A DNA stretch of 64,000 bases, taken from contig OX597833.1 in assembly GCA_951406725.2 (NCBI GenBank), positions 16,554,001 through 16,618,000 of the forward strand, in the 5' to 3' direction. The notes below the pieces were generated by a model that made no database searches, was not told the origin of the DNA, and was given only the letters and a program-made list of their open reading frames with translations. Origin of the DNA: Octopus vulgaris (Eukaryota). How positions within the stretch are numbered: the stretch's first letter is position 1; every line of letters begins with the position of its first letter. Both the position numbers and the translations under genes were made by a program. Below, piece by piece: positions 1 through 13,100 of the stretch.

Positions 1-17
1 TATATATATATATATAT

Positions 18-286
18 AAATTCAAAATATATATATACAACACAAAGAATTCACAACGACCTCGAACCCACAAGAGTAAACAAGAGACAGAAACAGACAG
101 AAACAAGGAAAATGCCGTTTGTATTTGAACACTGTACAAATATTCTTTTCAAAAAACTTTTCTTTTAATTTTTCTAAATTTAGTTGTTTAATTGTTACAG
201 TTGAAAAAGTCTCAATGACTGAAACTGGTATTGAAATGGTCTTTATAAAATTATTTTAGCATTTTGTATCTTGACTTTTTTTCATA
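18..286 (+). mobile_element. Short non-coding insert between (TA)n tracts with a hammerhead-like motif (PLE pseudo-LTR-like)
   Basis: (TA)n on both sides. TTGAAAA-AGTC-tcaat-GACT-GAAAC-TG-GTA at 201-230. Confidence 0.5.
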
Positions 287-526
287 TATATATATAAATT
301 CACAAGACTCCACAAATGTTACTGTTCGTCGTAACATAAGCAATAATAACTAACGTAAATAGACTGTTGAAGACATTTTCACCATAAAATTACAATCGAA
401 AAATCAGTCATGAGTAATCGGACAAGTTAAAAGGTTGCAGAGGGTGATGAAGCAACAACAATTCTATGGTGACCTCCCTTAGTTGACGAACAAGATAGTA
501 AGAAGACAGTTGTTGCTTACTCAGGG

Positions 527-1190
527 TTGACTTTACTTGACTTGACTTGAGACAGCATTCACCCGGGGTGGGTTGAGCCGGCTTCATTCATCCTCAATGC
601 TGCATCTCTCACGAACGCCGATCAGGCCTGGCGATTTGAGGTTAACGACCGCGTGATCTCCAACCACTCCTTATTCCAGAGGCGAACACCGTAGACATGG
701 GGGCCTAGGTTGGGTTCCAGATCAGCCTTGACTGTCATCAGCCATGTTTTCCGTTGTCCACCACATCGCTTTCGCCAACCCTGAAGGGGAGCTGGGCAAT
801 TGCTTCGTAGATGAATTCACCTGGTTGATGACGAAGGGCATGACCCAGCCAACGCAGACGTCTCGTTAGGATGACTTGTCGGAGGGAGGTGTTGCACCGA
901 ATTGTTGGAGACAAAGTGATGCCATCGGACACGAAGGATGCGGCGTAGACAGAGATGATCGAAGGATTCTAGTCGCTTAATATCTTCCACCCTCATCGGC
1001 CATGACTCGCTGCCGTAAAGGAGATTCGTACGCACTAGTGCTTGATAGATCCGTACTTTGGTGGTGCGTCGGATCTCAGATCTTGACCAGGGTTGCTCAT
1101 CAGGCAGACCATCACCTGGAAGCTGATACAGTGGAGCGCCTTTCTAATACTAGTGTATGTATCTGGATGAAGGTCCGTGAAATTGCGTCT
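527..1190 (-). mobile_element. RTE-clade LINE, 5'-truncated 3' fragment (RT C-terminus, frameshifted)
   Basis: Translates to TKVRIYQALVRTNLLYGSESWPMRVEDIKRLESFDHLCLRRILRVRW, then RRLRWLGHALR in another frame. Ends in a (TCAAG)n-like tail at 527-550. Confidence 0.85.
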
Positions 1191-1255
1191 GTGTATGAAC
1201 TAGGGCTAACGATTAGGGCTAATGGTGATGGAAGGGCATATGTGTGATGCGTTGC

Positions 1256-1293
<38 letters not shown>

Positions 1294-1349
1294 AGTAATG
1301 ATGATGCTGTCAATGACGGCGATGATTACGATGGAGAAGGTGGTGGTGG

Positions 1350-2515
1350 GGAACTACGTGGTTTCAGGTTCAATTCCATTGCACAGCATTTTGGGCAAGG
1401 GTCTTTTACTATAACCCCGGGACGACCAATGTCTTGTGAGTGGTTTTGGGATGCGGAAACAGTGTTGAAACCTGCGATACATATATGTATACGAGTGTAT
1501 ATGCTGGTGTGTGTTTGTCACCCTCCACCACTCGATAGCCAATGTTGGTTTGTTTACGTCCTCATTAACTAGCGGTTCGGCAAAAGTGTCGATAGGTATC
1601 GGACTTCATAAAATATATGTACCGGGGTTGGTTCGTTCGACTAAACCTTTCAATGCGGTGGTGCACCAGCATGGTCGTAGTCAAATGACTGAAAGGAGTA
1701 AAAGATAAATAAAGGCGTGGCTTACTTCCCAACCACATGGTTCCGGGTTCAGTTCCACCGCAAGGCACTTTGGGCAAGTGTCTTCTACTATGGCCTTGGG
1801 CCGACCAAATCTTTGTGAGCGAATTTGGTAGACGAAAACTGAAAGAAGCCCATCGTATACAGATATATGTTTATATTTATGAATGTGTTTCTTTGTGTCG
1901 TTGTTTGCCCCCCACAACCATCGCTTAACAACCGCTGTTGGTGTGTTTGCGGCCTTGTAATTTTGTGGTTCGGCAAGAGAGAGCGATAGAATAGGCGAAG
2001 GAGTGGCTGTGTAGTAAGTAGCTTGCTTACCAACCACATGGTTCCGGGTTCAGTCCCACTGCGTGGCACCTTGGGCAAGTGTCTTCTGCTATAGCCTCGG
2101 GCCGACCAAAACCTTGTGAGTGGATTTGGTAGACGGAAACTGTAAGAAGTCCGTCGTACATATGTTTTTATATATATGTATGTGTGTGTATATGTTTGTG
2201 TTTGTGTATGTCCCCACAACGTCGCTTGATAACCGATGCTGGTGTGCTTACGTCCCCCTAACTTAGCGGTTCGGCAAAAGAGCCCGACAGAATAAGTACT
2301 AGGCTTAGAAAGAATAAGTCCTGGAGTCGATTAGCTCGACTAAAGGCGGTGCTCCAGCATGGCCACAGTCAAATGACTTAAACAAGTAAAAGAGTAAAAG
2401 AGTTAAGAATTAGTACTTGGTTTACAAAGAATAAGTCTTGGGGGTCTATTTCTTCGACTGAAGGCGGTGCTCCAGCATGGCCGCAATCAAATGACTGAAA
2501 CAAGTAAAAGAGTAA
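1350..2515 (+). mobile_element. Cluster of family-A tRNA-derived SINE copies (most complete ~1992-2403)
   Basis: Head GGAGTGGCTGTGTAGTAAG...GGTTCAGTCCC, CCTTGGGCAAGTG core, central TA/TG tract, tail (AAAAGAGT)n. The same sequence recurs >15 times in the window. Confidence 0.85.
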
Positions 2516-2639
2516 GTGCCACAGCCTTGGTATAAGCAGGTGGGGGGTGGTAGACGAGGGGAGATGGCGGAGAGGCAGTCTTCTCCAGACGACGCTTTCA
2601 TGGGTCGGCACTTTTGGGTCAGCAGCATAAAGTTTGTGT

Positions 2640-3203
2640 GGTGGAAGCACTCCGTCAGTTACGACGACGAGGGTTCCGGTTGATCCGAATCAACGGAACA
2701 GCCTGCTCGTGAAATTAACGTGTAAGTGGCTGAGCACTCCACAGACACGTGTACCCTTAACGTAGTTCTCGGGGATATTCAGCGTGACACAGAGAGTGAC
2801 AAGGCCGGCCCTTTGAAATACAGGTACAACAGAAACAGGAAGTAAGAGAGAGAGAGAAAGTTGTGGTGAAAGAGTACAGCAGGGATCACCAGAATCCCCT
2901 GCCGGAAAAGGTGGAGCTTTAGGTGTTTTCGCTCAATAAACACTCACAACGCCCGGTCTGGGAATCAGAGAGTGACAAGGCCGGCCCTTTGAAATACAGG
3001 TACAACAGAAACAGGAAGTAAGAGTGAGAGAAAGTTGGGGCGAAAGAGTACAGCAGGGATCACCACCATCCCCTGCCGGAGCCTCGTGGAGCTTTAGGTG
3101 TTTTCGCTCAATAAACACTCACAACGCCCGGTCTGGGATTCGAAACCACGATCCTATGACCGCGAGTCCGCTGCCCTAACCACTGGGCCATTGCGCCTCC
3201 ACT
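2640..3203 (-). mobile_element. Family-C tRNA-derived SINE with an internal ~175-bp tandem duplication
   Basis: Head GTGGAGGCGCAATGGCCCAGTGGTTAGGGCAGCGGACTCGCG with A/B boxes. 12-bp TSD TAAAGTTTGTGT at 2628-2639 and 3204-3215. Confidence 0.9.
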
Positions 3204-3657
3204 TAAAGTTTGTGTAATCTGCATAAGTTGTAATTGGCCCCCCCGCAGGCTGGTTTTTGGTTAACAATGTCATGGTCAGCCGCTGACAGCACCTAATCAC
3301 GCCTCGCTTAGCTGTGAGGACTGGCTAACTTGAAGATTATGTTAGTTCAGTTACTTAACAACGTCATGTGGTGTCATTGAGGCGTTTTTTTATTGGTTGT
3401 TTTCTTCTGAATATTAATTTTGTGCTCACTGACATTTTATTCAAGGACACAAAACTTTTTTAATGTGTGTTTTTCTCATCTCATTTGAATTTTAATCGAC
3501 CGCTGCTGCTGCTGTTGCAGAAATCTGTCAAGATGGCTCTAATAATTCGGTGAAATATAAAATTTCAATGTTCTTTTAATGTCATTCAATTTTTAATGAT
3601 TCCACATCGATTAAAAGAAATTTGACCATCTTGTGAGAGCGAGGAAGTTCTTCTACC

Positions 3658-3658
<1 letters not shown>

Positions 3659-3688
<30 letters not shown>

Positions 3689-3985
3689 CTTCTTCTTCTT
3701 CTTCTTCTTCTTCTTCTTCTTCTTCTTCTTCTTCTTCTTCTTCTTCTTCTTCTTCTTCTTCTTCTTCTTCTTCTTCTTCTTCTTCTTCTTCTTCTTCTTC
3801 TTCTTCTTCTTCTTCTTCTTCTTCTTCTTCTTCTTCTTCTTCTTCTTCTTCTTCTTCTTCTTCTTCTTCTTCTTCTTCTTCTTCTTCTTCTTCTTCTTCT
3901 TCTTCTTCTTCTTCTTCTTCTTCTTCTTCTTCTTCTTCTTCTTCTTCTTCTTCTCCTTCTTCTTCTTCTTCTTCTTCTTCTTCTT
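3659..3985. repeat. (TTC)n microsatellite, >100 units
   Basis: Near-perfect run. Explains the poly-E/F/K ORFs. Confidence 0.98.
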
Positions 3986-4029
3986 TTTCATTTCTGTTCT
4001 CTTTCATTCATTCACTCGTTTATTAATTA

Positions 4030-5085
4030 ATTGATTCATTCTTTCCTCCCCCTCTTTCTCCTTCTCCTCCAGCACCACACCATCACAACATTCCTGTTCC
4101 TTCTTTTTTCTTTCTTTCTTTCTTTCTTCTTTTTCTTTATTCTATTTTCTTCTTTCATATCTTTCTTTCCTTCTTTTTTCTTTCTTTCTTTCTTCTTTCT
4201 TTCTTTCTTTCTTTCGTCTCCTCATGGTTGTTCTCATCACTTATTCTCTCTCTATCCCCTCTCCCTTCTTCCCTTTCTTCGTTCGTTCGTTCCTTTCTTT
4301 TTATTTTTCTTTCTTTATCCTCCTCCTCCTCCTCCTCCTCCTCCTCCTCCTTCTTCTATTTCTATTCCCTCTCCTCCTCCTCCCCTTCATCTTCTTTTCT
4401 CCTCCCTCTTCTTCTCCTCTTCCTCCTCCTCCTTCTTTTTTTCCTCTTCTTCTTCTTCTCCTTCTTGTTCTTCTACTTTTCTTTTTCTTCTTCTTCTTTT
4501 TCTTCTTCTTCTTCTGCTGTTTCTTCTTTTCGCTTCCCTCTTTTCCTCCTCTTTCTCATCTTTCTTCTTCTTCTTCTTCTTCTTCTTCTTCTTCTTCTTC
4601 TTCTTCTTCTTCTTCTTCTCCTGTCCTTCCTTACTTTCCCCTTCTTTCCTTAATCCTTCATTTTCTCCTGCTCCTTCTTTTCCTTCTTACCCTTCTTCCC
4701 CTCTTTCGTGCTCTTTTTCTTTTTCTTATTTCCTTCCTTCCTCACTCCCTTCCTTCCTTCCTTACTTACTTCCTTCCTTCTGTCTTTCCTTCTTCTTCTC
4801 CTTCTCCTTCTCATTCCTGTCGTTTTTCTTCTTGGATCTCTGTTTTCTCTTTTATTCTTTCTTTCTTTCTTTCCTTCTTTCTTTTTCTACCTCTTCTCAT
4901 TTTTGGTTTCTATTTTTCGTTTACATTTTTCCTTTTTCTGACTTTCATTCATTCATTTATTCAATCATTCTTTCAGTCTTTCTTTCCACCTCTTCCTCCT
5001 CCTTCTTCTTCTTCTTCTTCTTCTTCTTCTTCTTCTTCTTCTTCTTCTTCTTTGTTTTTTGTAATTCTTTTCATTCTTCTTTCTC

Positions 5086-5123
<38 letters not shown>

Positions 5124-5180
5124 TCTTCCTCCTTCTCCTTCTTGTCCGTCGCCCTTTTGGCAAATACAGAAACCACCACC

Positions 5181-5227
<47 letters not shown>

Positions 5228-5334
5228 TCTTACTATCATTAATTAGAAGTAGTTGTTATAGGAATTGGAGCATTAAGACTTAGTAACAGAAGTAGCAGAA
5301 TAAATTGCCGAAGCAGCAGCAGCAGCAGCGGCAT

Positions 5335-5379
<45 letters not shown>

Positions 5380-5420
5380 CAGTAGTAGTAGTAATAGTAG
5401 TAGTGGTGGTGGTGGTGATG
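4030..5420. repeat. Pyrimidine-rich compound low-complexity tract (TTTC, TTC, CCT), then CAC/CAT/CAG/TAG triplets
   Basis: Read directly from the sequence. Confidence 0.95.
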
Positions 5421-6311
5421 TTGCTGGTGGAAGTAGACGAGGGGGGGGGGGGCTGGAGCTGGCACTGGTGCTGGTGGTGTGATTTGATGTCCGCGTACTC
5501 AGAACAATTTGTTTGCTTGTTTGTTGGTTGGTTTTTTTCCTTCTTTCCCTCCTTCCTTCTTTCTTTCTTTCTTTACGGTTGTTTGCCTTGAAATATTTTC
5601 AAGTGTAATTGAAAAACTAGTCATGAGTTAAGATCAAGCTCTTTTAATCCAAATTCTAAATTACTTCTAAGTTGTTGCGCCTGCTGCTGCTACTGCTGCG
5701 GCTGCTACTGCTACTACATTCGTTGTCGTTATTGTAATCATTATTGTTGTTTGTTGTTGTTATAATTCAGTATGTATTCAGGGCTGCCTTCAACAGTGCA
5801 TCTAACCACATCAGTCATTGATTTATTCTAATGAATTCAAATCGAATTTCTCTCTAAAACTTTTCGTAATTAAACTGATTATTTAAATAAAAAAAAAAAC
5901 AAATAAATATAAGACGAAGCGAAAATGTAATTGTATAATTAATACATTGTGGCTGTTGCAAAACAACTGTAAATAATAAAGAAAAAACTATGTTACAGAA
6001 CAAGGTCAAATATATCTAGAGAAATTAGTATAATGGTTTCAAATTTTGATACAAGGCCAGCAACTTTAGGTGAGGAGTAAATCAAGTACATTGATACCAA
6101 TGCTCAACTGGTACTTATTTTATCGACCATGAAAGAATAAAGGCAAAATCGACCTCGGCGGAATTTGAACTAAGAAAGAAAGAACATAAAAAGTCGGACG
6201 GAATACCGCAAAATATTTTTTCCGACAACTTTTCTACCTCACCGTTATATTGCATAAATTTTCTAGAATATGTACAAAGCTTGAAATTCGTGGGGAGGGG
6301 CTAGTCGATTA

Positions 6312-6824
6312 CAATAATGCTCCACTTTACGAGAACCCGGGTTTACAAGTTTTATTTTTCAAGCACAAGATCCGAATTTTGAACGAAGTACAAAAGTTTC
6401 TACTACCATAACATATGCTTCTGCGTGTTATCGAGAAATTTATAGAGGTCGGAAAAAGCATCTTCTAAGCAAACAACTCTAGACTAGTTTTTTTGAAAAG
6501 AAATCTACAAGTCCGTCTACGAGTGCTTGTCTACAAGTGATGATGTGCGCAAGTCTAGTGCGAGTGAAAGTCATTCAGAAAATAATTATAATACTTTTTT
6601 TTAATATTATAATGATCTTTATATGCTTTCTACTTTACATAAAATATTGTTTACATTCTGCTGTTGTTTTATTGCCCTTTAATTACGAGTATTATAAATT
6701 TTATAAGTAAAATATTTTTCTGGGAATGAATTACGATTTATAACATTGCTACTATGTGAAGATATTGCTCTGCTTTACGAGTGGTCTCCGGAAATCAGTG
6801 AACTCGTATATCGAGGCATCACTG
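6312..6824. mobile_element. Tigger/pogo-like MITE inserted at TA inside a SINE fragment
   Basis: Left end TA|CAATAATGCTCCACTTTACGAG. Right end reverse complement TA|CAGTGATGCCTCGATATACGAG. It splits the SINE motif TAGTCGATTA/CATTGTCACC. Confidence 0.6.
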
Positions 6825-6869
6825 TACATTGTCACCAACGCTTAAATGGTTCTGGATGAAAGGCAACAT

Positions 6870-7250
6870 CAACCTGAAATTTGGGGGAGGGAAATAGTCG
6901 ACTACATCGACCCCCAGCACTCAAATGGTGCTTGCTTTATCGACGAATAAAGGATGAACAGCAAAGTCGACCTCGACGGAATTTGAACTCTTAAAGAGCG
7001 TAAAAAGTCAGACGAAATACCTATTTCTTTATTACCCACAAGGGAATAAACACAGAGAGGACAAACAAGGACAGACAAACGGATTAAGTCGATTATATCG
7101 ACCCCAGTGCGTAACAGGTACTTATTTAATCGACCTCGAAAGGATGAAAGGCAAAGTCGACCTCGACGGAATTTGAACTCAGAGCGTAAATACAGACGAA
7201 ATAGCGCTAAGCATTTGACCTGGCGTGCTAACGATTCTGCCAGCTCGCCG
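6870..7250 (-). mobile_element. Family-B SINE dimer
   Basis: Reverse complement of GGCGGCGAGCTGGCAGAA...GAGTTCAAATTCCGCCGAGGTCGACTTTGCCTTTCATCCTTTCG. A further degraded copy lies at ~6035-6245. Confidence 0.85.
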
Positions 7251-7325
7251 CCCTATATATGTTTTTTAATAATTATAGTTAATGCTTGTTCTTTTGTAAA
7301 ACCGATGAAATAAGAGAGCGTGCGC

Positions 7326-7451
<126 letters not shown>

Positions 7452-7844
7452 AATAGAACACCTAATTCAATGCTGTCAGATTTCTCAGAATCTAGTACTG
7501 GGACGATGTTTCGCGATCGCAGCATTTATACTTTCTCGACGGCATAATTCATCTGTAAATTTACCGAGCAAAATCTTTTACGCTTAAATTAATCCATAGA
7601 ACAGAGAAGGAAAGGAAACAACAAGAAACCTTTGTCTGTACCAAGTAATTAGCATGATGTAAGTGCCAAGGTCATCGCAACAATACATCTATTTGCATTT
7701 TCAATCATTATCAGAGCTAACGTCTTGGCAAGCAATTTGGCGATTTTCCAAATGAGGTTTGACGTCATAGGTTCACCTCAAACCATCAGAAGTCGTTCAT
7801 TACATTAATTTTTGCTTTTTATTGCATCTTTTTTTTAAAAATCA

Positions 7845-7908
<64 letters not shown>

Positions 7909-8014
7909 TATAAAAAAAATAACTATATCTTTTTTTTATTATTAAAATGAATTCCAGATGCTAAACAACTTATCTTAATGTTTCGTCTTTATCTTTAAAT
8001 TTTATAAATTTACA

Positions 8015-8052
<38 letters not shown>

Positions 8053-8460
8053 GGCTAAGAAACCTCTCCTTCATTTACGCTCTGTGGGGAATGTAGAGTG
8101 TATACTCGCCACATGAATCCAGTTTACTGGTAGACAGCACATCCTCCCTTTTCGCTTCATCCTCTAGGCACCAAGTTATATTTTTTTTGGGTGGGGGCAG
8201 TTCTTGAGGGCTTCATCTCAGAAGAAAAGGTCGTTCTTCGGCTCTTTCAATATTGTATGCCAGACCCCCACCCTTTCCTTTTCTATAACTTCTAGACAGA
8301 GGAAAGTTCTCCGACCCTTCTCCGACCCATCCAAAGGAAGGCGGTAGGATATTTGTCTTAACAGACTTGGTTGACAGCCGTCTTCGTTCTACATGTCAGA
8401 AAGGTTGTTGGGCATAAACACCTCAGTAAACTATGAAACTAACGAAATATGAAGATACCA

Positions 8461-8860
8461 AAGGCGGCGAGCTGGCAGAAACGTTAGCACGTCGGGCGAA
8501 ATGCGTCGCCGTATTTCGTCTGCCGTTACGTTCTGAGTTCAAATTCCGCCGAGGTCGACTTCGCCTTTCATCCTTTCGGAGTCGATTAAATAAGTACCTG
8601 TTACACACTGGAACCGATATAATCGACTTAATCCGTTTGTCTGTCCTTGTTTGTCCTCTCTGTGTTTAGCCCCTTGTAGGTAGTAAAGAAATAGGTATTT
8701 CGTCTGTCTTTATATTCTGAGTTCAAATCCCGCCGACGTCGACGTTACCTTTCATCCTTTCGGAGTCGATAAATTAAGTACCAGTTGCATACTGGGTAGA
8801 TCTGATAGAATGACTCCAGTCCTCCAAATTTTCGGGCCTTGTGCCTAGAGTAGAAAAGAA
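8461..8860 (+). mobile_element. Family-B SINE dimer
   Basis: AAGGCGGCGAGCTGGCAGAAACGTTAGC head and B box GAGTTCAAATTCC. The unit restarts at GGTATTTCGTCTG (~8693). Confidence 0.9.
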
Positions 8861-9044
8861 AATATGAAGACATCAAACTTTATTCTATTTGAATACCATT
8901 TGGTATCATCTGTGTCTCGTGGAAGCCATGAAAATTCTTATATAGAATAATTATATTGACTTTCCAATGTTTACTGCTCAGAAACTCAGAGATCTAAGGT
9001 TTTATCGCTCGGAGATGTTACTACTAGCCTTATTTCAGTTGTAG

Positions 9045-9352
9045 TGCATGGTTCATTGGTCAGAGCGTTGGGTTCGATTTCCGAACCAGGCTGTGAGTTC
9101 TGATCTTGAGAAAGACACTTTATTTCACGTTTCTCCAGTTCACTCAGCTGTAGAAATGAGTTGTGACGTCACAGGTGCCAAGCTGTATCAGCTGTTGCCT
9201 TTCCATTGGCTAACATTGGTGATACGGAGAGAGGAGGATGATATGCAAGGGCGTCTGTTAGTCTTCCATAAACAACCTTGCCCGGACTTGTGCCTCGGAG
9301 GGTAACTTTTGGGTGCAATTCCATGGTCATTCATGACCGAAGGGGGTCTCCT
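9045..9352 (+). mobile_element. Degraded tRNA-derived SINE related to family D
   Basis: GGTTCGATTTCC B box, then TCTTGAGAAAGACACTTTATTTCACGTTTCTCCAGTTCACTCAGCTG, shared with 15367-15617. Confidence 0.65.
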
Positions 9353-9354
9353 CC

Positions 9355-9404
<50 letters not shown>

Positions 9405-9701
9405 GACAGGCTTCTTTCAGTTTCCGTCTAACAAATCCACTCACAAGCTTAGGTCTGCCCGAGGCTGTAGTAGAAAGTATCTGTCCAAGGTGCCACACAG
9501 TGGGACTGAATCCGGTACCATGTGGCTGAAAACACAATCTTTTTTACCACATCGCTACACCCGCGCCTGCGCCTGCGGACTTGGAAAACAAAAATAACTA
9601 AAAACACATCCGATCATTTGAGCGAGAGAGGTCGAACTAAATACCGTAATAAATTTAGTCCAACGTCACTCTGTTCTTCCTGCTTATTTCAACTGTTTGC
9701 A

Positions 9702-10370
9702 CTCTCCTTTACTCTTTTACTTGTTTCAGTCATTTGGCTGTGGCCATGCTGGAGCTCCACCTTTAGTCGAGCAAATCGACCTCAGGACTTATTCTTTGTA
9801 AGCCTAGTACTTATTCTATCGGCCTCTTTTGCCGAACCGCTAAGATACGGGGACGTAAATACACCAGCATCGGTTGTCAAATGATGTTGGGGGGACAAAC
9901 ACAGACACACAAACATATACACACACATACATATATATATATGCATATATACGACGGGCTTCTTTAAATTTCTTATTTCTTTATTGCCCACAAGGGGCTA
10001 AACAAAGAAGGGACAAATAAGGACATACAAACAGATTAAGGCGAATATATCGGCCCCAGTGCGTAACTGGTACTTATTTAATCGACCCCGAAGGGATGAA
10101 AGGCAAAGTTGACTTCGGCGGAATTTGAACTCAGAACGTAGCTGCAGACGAAATACCGCTAAGTAATTCGCCCGGCGTGCTAACGTTTCTGCCAGCTCGC
10201 CGCCTTTCAGTTTCTTCTACGAGTTCTTTCAGTTTCCGTCTACCAAATCCACTCACAAGGCTTTGGTCGGCCCGAGGCTATAGCAGAAGACACTTGCCGA
10301 AGGTGCCACGCAGTTGGACTGAACCCGGAACCATGTGGTTTGTAAGCAAGCTACTTACTACACAACCACT
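9702..10370 (-). mobile_element. Family-A SINE interrupted by a family-B SINE (~9968-10205)
   Basis: The A 3' half runs to GACGGGCTTCTTT (~9965), a B copy follows, and A resumes at TTCTTTCAGTTTCCGTCTACC (~10224). Another A 5' half lies at 9402-9570. Confidence 0.85.
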
Positions 10371-10789
10371 CGTACATGTAAAGCTTTAACATATTGCCAA
10401 CTTTGTATCGTTGGAATTTCAGACATTTTAAAGAGATTTGCATTGTTTAATATCAGCATGTCAAACATTTGCTCATTAGAATGGTTTTCTTTGTCAGAAT
10501 TCAACACGAACAGATAACATTGTCTTCCAATTTCGTCTGCAATGATCTCCAAGAATAAATATTCTTAGAGAACGTTTATATATTCTATATATCAGATTTA
10601 GACGGAGAATTCAGGAATGTAGAACGTTCAGGTGGAATGAGGAAGTCCTTTATCAATGCATGCAAGGGAAAAAAATATGAGAGTTTGGAAATATGAGAAT
10701 TCGTTTTGCTTTAAGATAGGAACTAAGAAAGGATAGTGTTGGATAAGTTATTATCTTTGGAGAGAAGAGATCACAACACTCGTAATAGC

Positions 10790-11302
10790 GATAGTGATGA
10801 CGATGACAATGATGATGGTGGTGGTGGTGGTGGTTGTGGTGCTGATGGTAGTGATGGTGGTGACGACGATGATGATGGTGGTGGTGGTGGTGGTAGTTGT
10901 GGAGGTGATGGTAGTGAATGTGGTGATGATGATAATGATGGTGGTGATGGTGGCTATGATGATGATGGTGACGGTGGTTGTGCTAGTGGTGGTGGTGGTG
11001 GTGGTGGTGGTGGTGATGTGATGATGATGATGATGATGGTGGTGATAGTGGTGGTGGTGATGTGATGATGGTGGTGGTGGTGGTGGTGGTGATGATGATG
11101 GTGGTAGTAGTGGTAGTTGTGGTGGAGATGGTAGTGAATGTGGTGACGATGATGATGATGATGATGATGTTGATGATGATGATGATGATGATGATGGTGA
11201 CGGTGGTTGTGGTGGTGGTGGTAATAGTTATGGTGGGGGATGATGATAATGGTGGTGGTGGTGGTGGTGACGATACCACGACGACGATAATGATGATGAT
11301 GC
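10790..11302. repeat. (GGT)/(GAT) compound microsatellite with an imperfect ~200-bp higher-order duplication
   Basis: GATGGTAGTGAATGTGGTGA occurs at ~10907 and ~11127. Confidence 0.9.
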
Positions 11303-11424
11303 TGCCATCGAAGCTACCTCTCAGCTATTCTTGGGCATTAGCAACGCTACACTTTAGATTGCTAGACTTTTTAGTGGTGCTGAGGAACTCGCTCAAGTTT
11401 TACAGCAATTGGGAAAATAATGGT

Positions 11425-11943
<519 letters not shown>

Positions 11944-12020
11944 TTCATTCTATTGTATAGAATGAAGCAAAACTAAGAGGGGAAATTATAACGCACCTGA
12001 GAGAGGGAGAGATAGAGATA

Positions 12021-12073
<53 letters not shown>

Positions 12074-12296
12074 GGTGGATAGTTACGGGAAAATTAATAC
12101 GGGGCCTATAAAAGCCCACCTCTTCGAAAACTAGCATTGTGGTTGAAATAAGCGTAACCTGATACATGTTTTTCTTAATTTCAGTAGGTTTGCTGTTATA
12201 GACAAACTGAAACTATTTCCTTCCCACGATAACATTAACCAGCCAATATCTATGTAACTGCGTATAGATATTGGCTATGATGATGATGTAACTGTG

Positions 12297-12477
12297 TACA
12301 TTAAACAACAGTCGTTAGGAGTAAACATTGGAAGGGAATTTAATTATCCTACGTAAGAGTAGGTTTTATGGTTTCCACGAGATACAGATTATATCAACTC
12401 GTATTCAAATTGAATAAAATTTGATAGATTCATAGATTCATTTATTGTTATATATCGATGACATCTTCGTAATGTAA
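12297..12477 (+). pseudogene. Highly degraded reverse-transcriptase fragment (PLE-like)
   Basis: YIKQQSLGVNIGREFNYPT* (motif-B-like), followed at plausible spacing by YIDDIFVM at 12451-12474. Contains stops and frameshifts. Confidence 0.4.
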
Positions 12478-12828
12478 GGTCGGGATATTTTAACATTCGA
12501 ATCACTGATAAAATAAATACAATTAAAGATTGTTCGACGTCTTCAGAGAGTAATGGCTACCGTTTGACAGCTGAAGTCACTGGTCGTTCGATGTTCGTCA
12601 TTCGTTGTTCGTCGTCTTTCGTCGTTGTTCGTCGTCGTTGGTCGTTGGTCGTCTGATGGTGACTGATAACGGATACGGTTAGAGAGAAGTTTAATTCGGA
12701 ATATATTGTTGATGATCATCGTATTTGCCAGCGTATAAGAAGCACCCCTATTTTACATATTATAGTTTTGTGGAAAAAAAATCAAATTAAAGATATTTTT
12801 TATTCATATATCTATTTCAAAGAGATTT

Positions 12829-13100
12829 GGATCTTTACCTTTTGACCAACAGATTTAAAAAATAATTTTATGTAACTAAACACTTTCAAACCTCGGACAC
12901 TGGTAGAATGTATCATATTAAACATGTTTTACTTTTAGCGTTTTTGAGAAAAACTTATATATTACGAAGTTATTTCACGTTAAAGTTGTCCTATTTCGGT
13001 AATTTCAACCAATCAATGACGTGTATTCAGCTGAATAAAATTACTGCCGTTCTTTATCAACAACAATCATCGGCGGTGTATTTTTCGTTTTCAAAGTGAT
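12829..13100 (+). mobile_element. Truncated relative of the MITE at 59561-60009
   Basis: Starts GGATCTTT and shares GTAACTAAACACTTT...ACTGGTAGAATGT and ATTTCAACCAATCAATGA. Confidence 0.65.

Noticed and set aside
3582-5246. Long ORFs (poly-E/K/F; 340-403 aa)
   Set aside because: Stop-free translations of TTC/CT microsatellites with no domain content.
8423-8669. Recurrent peptides such as [31 protein letters not shown] and FTCFSHLTAAMLEHRL
   Set aside because: Translations of SINE families A and B, not a gene family.
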